The notes beneath the pieces are model-generated. The model did not search any database, was not told the origin of the DNA, and was given only the letters and a program-made list of their open reading frames with translations. Position numbers and translations under genes: made by a program. A stretch of DNA of 64,000 nucleotides from Fimicolochytrium jonesii (Eukaryota), in contig NW_026515671.1 of the NCBI RefSeq assembly GCF_025526975.1, positions 310,001-374,000 of the forward strand, in the 5' to 3' direction. Positions 23,008 through 32,005 of this stretch are shown here, piece by piece (within the stretch, counting starts at the first letter, position 1; each line of letters begins with the position of its first letter).

Positions 23008-26000
23008 TCACCCCTCTCTTGAGCGGCGGCGGCGGCGGCGTCGAGTTTGATGTGGCCGCACAGGAGGTGCTACGGGGACAGAGGAAGGCTTGTTGGGGTA
23101 CGCGCTGTGGTAGTCCTGGAGGAGTGCGTCGGTATGGGTGAGGTGTTCCACGGGCTCCCAGGTGTTCTCAGAGTCAGGCCAGCCCTGCCATTTGACCAAG
23201 TACTGAAGGCGACGACGATGGATGCGAGAGTCAAGGATGGCTTTGACAACCCACTCTTCTTGACCCTCAACGGTCTCTGGGGGCGCGGGTTCGGGTTCGT
23301 GTCGTTCGGGGATGGTGAAGCGGGGTTCGAGGAGCGAGACATGGAAGACATCGTGGATTTTGTACGTAGGCGGGAGCTTGAGCCGGTAGGCGACGGGATT
23401 GATTTTTTCAACGATGGGGAATGGCCCAATCTTGCGATGGTCGAGTTTCTGAGAGGGCTGGGTTGTCTGGAGGTCTTTGCGGAGGAGCCAGACGTGGTCG
23501 CCAGGCTTGAAGTGCGGTCCAGGAATTCGTTTGGCGTCGGCGTAGCGCTTCATTTGATCTTGGGCTTCCTTGAGCTCGAGGGCGAGCTGTTCATGGACTT
23601 CCCTGATTTGTTTAGCGCGGGCTTCAGCGGCAGGGTTGACGGATTCGGAGGTAGCAGAGGCCGCGAAACTGAAGCGGGGGTGGAGACCCTTGTTGGCGTA
23701 GAAGGGGGTGGTCTGGGAGGCGGACTGATGGGTGTTGTTGTAGGCGAACTCGGCGGACGACAGAAGCTGTTTCCAGTTGTCCTGTTGGTGGTTGCAAAAG
23801 CATCGGAGATACTGCTCCAGGATCTGGTTAGTGCGTTCCGTCTGGCCATCGCTCTGGGGGTGGAAGGCCGAGGAGAGGTTGGCTTTCGCCCCAAGGAGTT
23901 CGAGAAGTCGACGCCAGAAACCGGGACTTAAACTGGGGTCCTCGGTCAGAGATGAAAACGTTGGGGAGGCCGTGGAGACGGATGATGTTGTGGAAGACTA
24001 GGTCGGCGGTGGATTTGGCGGATTCTGACTTGCTGCAGGCGAGAAAGTGGGCCATCTTGGTGAGGCAACAGTTGACGTTCAGGATGGAGTCGTACCCGTC
24101 CACGGGAGGCAGACCGGTGATAAAGTCCAGGGACCAAGATCCCCAAGGGCGGGTAGGGATACTGTTGGGCTGGAGTAGGCCGTATGGTTTGTGTCGACTG
24201 GATTTCGCTTGGCTACAGGTATCGCAGGACTTGACGTAGGCCTTGACGAAGCGCCACTGGCTGGGCCACCAGTAGTTGCGGGAGGCGAGTTCAAGCGTCT
24301 TGGACATCCCAAAGTGGCCGGCTAGGGGAGTATCGTGCATGTCGTGGCAGACTTCGGCTCGGAGCTCGTTGGTGGGGACATAGACCAGGTTATCGTGCAG
24401 CAGGATCCCATCTTCATCTGAGAACCGCTTGATACGATCTCGGGTTTCCTCAGTTCGTTGGGCGAGGGGTATCTTGAGCTTTTCGCGAATGGTCTTAGCG
24501 AGGGGATCAGAGGCCTGGGCGGCCTTAATCTTGTCAAGCAGCGTGGTATCCATGGGTGTGAGGTAGGCAGCCGCGAGTCGAAGGCGTTCGGGAGTCAAAA
24601 TTGTGGTTGCCTGGGAGCGGAACGCTTCTTCCCCCTCTTTTAGCTCATGTTCGGAGCGTCGGGAGAGGGCATCGGCTTGGTGCTGCTGGGAACCGGGGCG
24701 ATAGGTAATGACAAAGTCAAAATCCGAGAAGAATATCGACCAGCGGGCTTGGCGGCGGTTCAGGGTGCGGGTGGTCATGAAGTACAGAAGGTTTTGTGGT
24801 CGGAGTAAACGGTGATCTTGTGACGGGCGCCAATGAGATGGTGGCGCCACTGGGCAAAGGAGTCTTGGATGGCCAGAAGTTCCTTATCGTAGATCTCGTA
24901 GTTGATCTCTTCGGCCGTGAATTTGCGAGAGTGGAAGGCCACGGGGTGGAGCTGATTGTCCTGGTCAGGTTGGAGGAGAACTGCGCCAAGAGCGAAGTCG
25001 GAGGCGTCAGTTTCGACGACGAAGGGCTTCTCTGGGTCAGGGTGAGCAAGGATGGGGGCGTTGGTGAATGCTTTCTTCAGGTTCTCGAAGGCGGTGTTTG
25101 CGGCGGGTGTCCAGGCGTACGGGATGTCTTTCCGGGTCAGGGCTGTGAGCGGGGTAGCGATCTTGGAATAACCTTGGATGAATCGGCGATAGAAGTTGGC
25201 AAAGCCGAGGAAGCGCTGGACGCCTTTGACATTCTTGGGAGGTTCCCAATCCGTGATGGCAGCGATCTTCTTGGGGTCCATCTGGATGCCTCTCTTGGAG
25301 ATGATGAAGCCTAGGACCTCAACGGATTCGCGGTTGAATTCGCACTTCTCTGGTTTGGTGTACAACCCATGCTGTCGGAGGCGGGACAAGACTTCGCGGA
25401 CATGTTTGGGGTGATCTTCGGGGTTCTTGGAGAATATCAGGATATCGTCGAGGTAGACGACAACAAACACATCGAGAATGTCGCGGAAGATGTCGTTCAT
25501 CAGGTACTGGAAGACGCCAGGAGCATTGCTGAGTCCACGGGGCATGACATTGTATTTGAATAGGCCGTAGCGGCAGCGGAAGGCGGTCTTCCATTCATCG
25601 CCCGGGGCGCATGCGTAAGAGGTTATAAGCGCCGCGGAGGTCGATCTTGGTGAGACGACGGCGCCACGCAAACAATCCATGATACCGTTGATCAGGGGCA
25701 GGGGGGTAGCGATTCTTCACCGTGATGCTGTTCAGGCCTCGATAATCGACGCAGAGGCGGAGAGAACTGTCCTTTTTCTTCACGAATAAGACTGGCGCAC
25801 CGGCAGGGGACTTTGAGGGTTTGATGAATCCTTTGGCGAGGTTTTCTTCGAGGTATTCGCAGAGTGCCTTCATTTCTGGTTCGCTGAGGCTGTAGATTGG
25901 GCCGAAAGGTGGCTGCTTGCCTTCTTCCAGATCGATTGGACAGTCGTAGGGCCGGTGCTCGGGGAGAGTGTCAGCATTTCTCTTTTCGAAAACGTCGGCG

Positions 26001-26932
26001 AAGTCTCGATACTCGGGGGGCAGGAAGTCTTTGATGTCTTTCTCGGGTGTCGGGGGGTTACTGGGGCTAGGCGAGGCCGGGAGATCGGGTTTCGCAGGGT
26101 TGGCGTAGGCGACGAAGACCTGGTCATGCCTTGCTGCGACCTGGAAGGCTGGGACGGAGATGAACGAGACTCGGAGCGGCGTGGGAGCCGGTTCTGGGGT
26201 GCTGGAGCGAGATACCTTGGGTACTGGAATCGACCATGTTTCGTCGACGGGGACTTCATCCTGGGGGATGCGGATCAAGGGCTCAGGGGTTCTGGCGGGT
26301 GCTGGGCTCGGGGGTGCTGGAGAGTTGTCCCAATTCGCGAATTCATGGTACAGACAGTCGCAACGGAAACCGACCAAAAGGTTCTTGAAGTCAAGGTTAA
26401 TGTCGTGGAGGCGGAGCCAGGGGAGACCAAGGAGGATTGGAGCATGGGGTGATTTGGTGACATGGAAGACGAGTTCTTCGAAGTGGTCGTCGACCCACAT
26501 GCCTACTGGTTGGGGGTGATGGGTGATTGGCCCAGCAGAGCTGGGTTGACCGTCAACGAGTTCGATCGTCAGTGGACGCTGATGCGGGACTAGGGCGATG
26601 CGGTGTTTGCGGGCAAAGTCTCTGTCGATGAAGCAGGACAGGGCACCATTGTCGATCATGGCTGAGGTAGGTATCGGGGCGCGGCTGGATGATACCATGA
26701 TGGTAACGGGGTAGTTGAAGGGTTCGACGGGACCCAGCGCAAGCATGGCGCGGGGGTTAATTTCGGAGTTTTTGACATGGGCAGCGGCTAGGAGGGTTGT
26801 GTCGGCTATAACGGAGTCGGGAACCAGGGGGGTGGCCTCTCCCGTTGCAGGAGCTGCGAGGTTAGGAGGCCCGGGGCGGTGTGTGTTGTCCAGTCGCTGG
26901 GGCTTTACTGCGGCTGGACTTTGGGAAAACCC
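23008..26932 (-). pseudogene. pol: Gypsy pol (PR-RT-RH-IN-chromodomain) of copy 2, several 1-bp frameshifts
   Basis: ORF pieces 25595-26746, 24775-25680, 23828-24850, 23008-23553 carry the standard motifs. Most frameshifts lie in homopolymers. Confidence 0.9.
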
Positions 26933-27903
26933 TGTTCGGTGGAGGGTTCTTTGATGTCGACGTTGGCGGCACGGGTGGTGGTCTTGTTCTTGACGGGGCA
27001 GACTTTTGCAATGTGCCCCGCGCCACCGCAGTAAAGGCAGAGGTTGTTGGAAATGCGGCGTTGGCGTTCCTGAGGGCTCAGAGGGCCGCGGGGACGAGCG
27101 GCGTCAATCTGCATAGGCTCGCTGTGGTCGACAGTGGTGGTAGTAGTAAACGAGGTATGGGGAACCGGGAAGGTCTGGCGGCTTCTGTTTCGCTCCAGGC
27201 GGCGCTCAAACAGCCGGTTATCGCACTGGATAGCCTGCTCCATCACCACATCAATGGTGGCCGCAGGGGGCATTGTGAGCATCAGGTCTTTGACGTCTTC
27301 TTTGAGGCCACGGCGGAAGGTAGCAATCAGGGCCTGGTCGTTCCAGGAGACATCGCATTGTAGCTGGCGGAACTCAGCGACGTACTCGGTTGCTGCACGG
27401 GTTTGGCGAAGGTTCTGGAGCTTGTTTTCAGAGGTGCGGACCCTGTCGCTGTCTCCGAAGACCGATTGCATCTGACTGATAAAACTATCGAAGTCATGAA
27501 GGCTGTGATCTTGGCGTTCGACTAGGGGCGCCATCCAGGCTTGCGCAGTGCCTGTGAGGTAGGTGCCAATAGTTTGGATCTGGATGATGTCGCTGGGGTA
27601 GCGGTCGGGCTGGAGAGCAAACATCAACCGGATGTTGTTCAACCACCCACGGAATTTGCTGCGGGTACCATCAAACTTCTTGGGCGAGCTGATTCTTGGC
27701 TCCAGAGCAGGGTTGGTGACTTGGGGACGGGTGTACGTATCGGCTTGAACCTGGGCGGCGATGCTCTGGGCAGCTTGTGCGTCGGCTTGGGCTTGCGCTA
27801 GGTTGGCCTGCAAGTTGGCGTTTTGGCTTTGCAAGGCGGCGATGGCTTGGCACATATCGTTCCATTGCTTGGGAGTGAAAGGTACGGATTCGGGTTGGGA
27901 CAT
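26905..27903 (-). CDS. gag: Gypsy Gag, copy 2
   Basis: Identical to 2895-3893 apart from one Q/H change in the translation. Confidence 0.92.
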   Translation of the reverse strand: MSQPESVPFTPKQWNDMCQAIAALQSQNANLQANLAQAQADAQAAQSIAAQVQADTYTRPQVTNPALEPRISSPKKFDGTRSKFRGWLNNIRLMFALQPDRYPSDIIQIQTIGTYLTGTAQAWMAPLVERQDHSLHDFDSFISQMQSVFGDSDRVRTSENKLQNLRQTRAATEYVAEFRQLQCDVSWNDQALIATFRRGLKEDVKDLMLTMPPAATIDVVMEQAIQCDNRLFERRLERNRSRQTFPVPHTSFTTTTTVDHSEPMQIDAARPRGPLSPQERQRRISNNLCLYCGGAGHIAKVCPVKNKTTTRAANVDIKEPSTEQGFPKVQPQ

Positions 27904-27972
27904 GGCGAAAAAGGTTTGTCGGATGCAGGGCTGGACGGGTTCTGAACTTCGCAGTGTTGGAGCAGATCAAAC

Positions 27973-28463
27973 TGTTATGATCTCGACAAGGGAGGCGGAA
28001 GCGAAGTAGAGAAGTCAGGGCGAGAGTGATAGGCGACAAGAGATTGTATTGGCGAAACAAGAAACAAGGACTAGAACAGGAGATGAGAAGAACTGGTGTT
28101 GATCTGCTGGGGAGGAAGGGAATGGACGAAGAGAGGCCGGCTATTTATAGATAGGCAACCCAGCAGATCAGAGAACAACAACAACAAGAGGGGACTGGGG
28201 GGGCGCCAGCTATGCTCCTAGAGCGTGCGTGGCGAGCGTAGAGAGCATTGCTCCAGCTGCTGGCTATGGGGAAGTAGTGGGGGTGTGGAGAAGCCGAGGG
28301 GGGATTGGCGAAATGAGAGGAGAGAGGGGGAGTGGCATTGACATTGACATTGACACTGACATTGACACTGACATTGACATTGACATTGGCGTTTGACATT
28401 TGGCGGTTGACATTGGCGGCTGTCAGTAGGTAAGCTTATGGTATGGGCGCGTCGTCCATAACA
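27973..28463 (-). repeat. 5' LTR of chromovirus A copy 2
   Basis: Direct repeat of 22516-23007, followed by TSD GGCTC. Confidence 0.95.
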
Positions 28464-29833
28464 GGCTCTTCGTTGTTGAAGACCCGGACGGTGCCGGCTT
28501 TCTGGGCTTTAATGGTCTGACTGTTGGCGACTGTAATGATGACCGGCGCAATGGGATGAAGCTCTTCAAACATGAACTCGTCCTTAACCACATGATGGGT
28601 TGCACACGAGTGCAGGGCAATACTATGGTCCGCTCCCCGGTCCGTAGCCAAAACAAGGTTCGCCTCAGCGTCTGATTTCTCCTTCCGCGTCTCTTTTCCA
28701 AGTAGCTCCTTCGCCGCCTTCAGTTTCGGGCATGTGTTTACCCAATGACCATGTTCCCCACATAATTTGCATGGAAACCGGTCAAATTTGGATCCACTTC
28801 CTTGGGCACCTCCTCCTCGTCCACGGCCTTTACTCTCTCCATTTCCGCCACGGCTAGGGTTATCCTCCGTCTTCTTCAGCAAGTCTGACAACTGTTTCGC
28901 TTCGGCATTGCTGGCCTCCACTGATTTAGGGCGAAATGAGCGTTGGGTTGACGAGTCTAGCGCCCCCATCATCTGTTCCTGACGGGTAGCCGCTTCCTGC
29001 ATGGCATCTAAATTCGGCAACTCCTTACTGATGATTGCTGAGTAAATAGATCGTTTTAACCCTTTGAGGTATCTATGTTCGACATCCTGTTTTGATGTAT
29101 CCGAGATCTGCATCACTAAGCGGTTGAATGCCACGTTATATGCAATGACAGAGTGGGTCTGTTTCAACCCATCCAATTTATCCCGAACCATCGTTCCATA
29201 GGCGGGTGGGATAAACCGCTTCTCCAGTGTCGTTCTTAATTCCATCCAGGTTCTGGGAATGTTTCGAGAGAGGTTCCGCCACCACAGATCTGCGGTTGCC
29301 GTAAATTTACTAGTAACCAAAGCGATTTCTATGTGCGGGGGTAAATCCACCGTATTGATGAAGTTTTGAACCTTGCTGACAAACTCATAAAGAGTTTGCG
29401 GTTTTCCCATATCCCCGTCATATTTCGGGATCTCCCTCAATAACTGATTCGTTATAAAGGAGACACTTGTCTTGGATGCAGTGCTCTGGGTGGGTGACGG
29501 ATATCTCTTTGGCGGTTGATTAATGTCGTCCGGAAGAACATCCTCCTTTAATCCCAACGCTACCCTTTCCCTTTCCTGCGCTGCTGTAGTCTGCATCTCT
29601 AGGATAAGATTCAGGAGCGTATTCTGCTGCTCCCGCTGTGCTCTGAGCTCTTCACGCTGTGCGCGAAGCTCTTCCAGCATTTTCAGTTTATACTCGCGCT
29701 CGTTCATCTCCTCAACACCTTCCCACTTCGACTGCTCTTCAAGCTCCTCTGTTTTATACGCCGACACCAGTCTCACTGGAGGGACTGCTCCGGTGCGTGC
29801 GGGGGTTTGGATGGGGCTCAGCTCGATGTTCAT
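28464..29833 (-). CDS. gag: Copia C2 Gag-protease N-terminal part, cut by the insertion
   Basis: Capsid motifs ADLWW...TWMEL...LKQTHSVIAY...YLKGL; knuckle CKLCGEHGHWVNTC; Copia-type protease motif degraded to LHSCATHH. Confidence 0.85.
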
Positions 29834-29903
29834 GGCGGTTTGTCGTGTTGGTTCAACGAGTTCGCGATACGATCCTTACTGCTTCGTTCCGGCTTCGCAG
29901 GCA

Positions 29904-29915
29904 GGGCTCATAACC
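29904..29915 (-). promoter_or_regulatory. Primer-binding site GGTTATGAGCCC (initiator tRNA-Met anticodon-arm type)
   Basis: Immediately follows the 5' LTR; same type as the Ty5/copia half-tRNA PBS. Confidence 0.85.
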
Positions 29916-30111
29916 TCTTGTGGTTATAGAAAGTAGCCGATGAAGAGTAGAACCATCACTGTATTACTATTAATTATATCTATTACATTCTTAGGTGTCG
30001 GGCACTTCACTCCTAGCCGTCTGCGCAGACTGCTGATGCGACTGCTTACTAATGACGGCGTTTGACAGGATTAGGGATAGGGTTAGGGATAGCTCGCGTC
30101 TCTGCACAACA
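29916..30111 (-). repeat. 5' LTR of Copia C2
   Basis: Direct repeat of 19138-19333, flanked by the PBS and the ATGAT TSD. Confidence 0.95.
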
Positions 30112-31131
30112 ATGATGGCTGCTGGGGAGTACTATTTTGAGAGAACCATGACCGTCGAAAAGAATCACCAGGGTGGCCGCCATGCTAAAGGCCTCGTTGC
30201 TAGAGTCAATGTCACTCCGCTCACCGTTGGGCAATCAGGACCGTCTGCCGACATTCGGAAATACCTTGAGAAGCGTTCTGGACTGGACACTTCACGATTC
30301 TTTGTCCGTGCAAACTCAGTCAAAAACCTCTTGGCATCTGGCAAATGGTACATCGATGCCCCAGTTGGCAAAAACTCCATCTCAAAGTGGTTGAAAGAAG
30401 CGTGCGTTCAGGCTGGAATTGATTGCAACGACCGAAAGCTTGTCCCGCACTCTGCCCACAGCAATTACGGCACGGCACTTCTTGAAGCTGGGGTCCATCA
30501 GGATATCACCCAGAAAACTTCAGGACACCGCAGGGCCGCAGGCCTTGCCTCGTACTCTCGAATGAAGGAAACTCATTGCCTTGCCATTGCTAAAGTGCTC
30601 GATCCAACAAACACCAAAGGAAACAAGAATGAGCTGCCCATCATTGTTGGCACGCAAACCATCAATTCCTGGACGGCTACCGAGACAAAAGTCAGCACCA
30701 TGGCGCATCCCCCCAAGTCCCCTATCAAGCAGTTGAAGGTCAAGATTCCTGCAAGGCCCAAATCAGCCAATGCGGATAATGATGATGAAGCATCCAAACT
30801 TCTTGACGGAGTTGAATCAGATGCAGCCCATGTAGCCCGTAGCTTTGGTAGTTTCCTGGCCAATGCAAAGGTTGGCCACCTGACTGTTATCAACTGTGTC
30901 AACTATAAATCTAAGGCAGAATATTTGTTGTACGGTGTGTGCGATAAATACAATATAACCCTTGTCCTCTCGGGAAATTGCTCAAACCGATCCTCGGGGC
31001 CTTGCTTGGCCTTGCAAATAGTCCCTCGGCAAGCCTCGGGCCGATTTTTAGGCCTCGACGCGTCCCTCGGAGCGATTTCTCGCGAATTTCCCTTGACGCG
31101 GGCTATATCTGCTACATATAGTACAGATACA

Positions 31132-31159
31132 GGCAGACGGCAGACGGCAGACGGCAGAC
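31132..31159 (+). repeat. 7-bp tandem repeat (GGCAGAC)4
   Basis: Read directly from the sequence. Confidence 0.9.
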
Positions 31160-31539
31160 GCTGGTCAATCTCCTCAATGCTCCCATTATGTGAGTAGGTG
31201 CCTGGGACTGTTGCACCGTCCGGGAGCTCCATATTACCGTAAGCGGGCTGAATACAAGTCTACTATTCAACTATGAGCGAAACACTCACGTAACGGCCAC
31301 GGGCCAGCCTTGTTACCTCTCAGAGTGATATCAACCCTGACCCAAGCCCTAACCCTACTCTAACGTTAATTGTGGGAATAGCAATTTCTCGTGTGGCGAT
31401 AGCGTTTCCCAATGATATTCTTACAAAAGTATCGCTGAATGATATCTACAGAGTACCATACAACCTGCCGTCTCCCTTAGAAGGCTTCTTGACAGGACCT
31501 GCCGGAAATATTGGCCTTTCTACCCTAACCCTAACGTAC

Positions 31540-32005
31540 CGGATGCGACACGAAGATATCACTCTCCTTGATGAACTTCCAGAGATACTGCCAAACATGG
31601 TGTTGCTCAGTGGATGGATCGTCGGCGAGAGATGCAGTCACTGCAGCGAAGAATTCGCGTTAGTCAAAAGTCTGCCTGAATGCTTGGAACTCAGATCCAT
31701 TGTACCTTCGATATGGCTGCGAAATATGATCTTGCATTTCGGATTGAGTTCCCGAATGATTGGAATCATGGCAGATGCTGCGAAAAGGGAAAGTCAACAA
31801 GCGAAGGGGCGATTTGTAATAGCCAAAACAGATGCTCACGTTGCGGGTCGTCTGCGAATAGGAGGAACGCGTTAGTTATTGAAGTGCCAGACGGGAAAGC
31901 CATAGTGGGCACACCTACCTATGATGATGACATTAGAAGTCATGATGGGGCCACTGGGATCAGCCCAGTATCGGTAGGCGTTATCCGCACACCACTGCCG
32001 ATAGA
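31540..32005 (-). pseudogene. Internal fragment of a fungal trehalose synthase/phosphorylase (GT4 family) gene, 4 exons
   Basis: Splicing introns 31852-31918, 31778-31839 and 31641-31705 gives NAYRYW...VIIIDDPQPSAMIPIIRELNPKCKIIFRSHIEV...VWQYLWKFIKESDIFVSHP. No upstream or downstream exons found. Confidence 0.8.

Larger units (their letters stand above)
22516..28463 (-). mobile_element. Full-length Ty3/Gypsy chromovirus A, copy 2
   Basis: LTRs 22516-23007 and 27973-28463, TSD GGCTC on both sides, PPT at 23008-23020, gag 26905-27903, pol with C-terminal chromodomain (YLVKWQGWPDSENTWEP). Confidence 0.97.
19138..30111 (-). mobile_element. Full-length Copia element C2, interrupted by chromovirus A copy 2
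   Basis: 196-bp LTRs at 19138-19333 and 29916-30111, TSD ATGAT (19133-19137, 30112-30116), PBS 29904-29915, PPT near 19334-19343, domain order gag-PR-IN-RT-RH. Confidence 0.95.
18208..30920 (+). mobile_element. Crypton-like tyrosine recombinase gene (DUF3504 type), split by Copia C2; pieces 18208-19137 and 30117-~30920
   Basis: NTVRSTKTW, FIIQVKMDNGEGF, ERGGE (R), EKNHQGG (K), WYIDAPVGKNSI, HSAH (HxxR mutated), SGHR, ASY. Halves rejoin in frame across the ATGAT TSD. Intron 18660-18737. Confidence 0.8.

Noticed and set aside
24780..25710. Frameshifts differing between the two A copies
   Set aside because: All are homopolymer length differences (T4/T5, G3/G4, G5/G6), likely sequencing error or slippage, not programmed recoding.
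30052..30116. ATG start of the 381-aa ORF
   Set aside because: The start lies inside the Copia LTR; the real upstream coding sequence is left of 19137.
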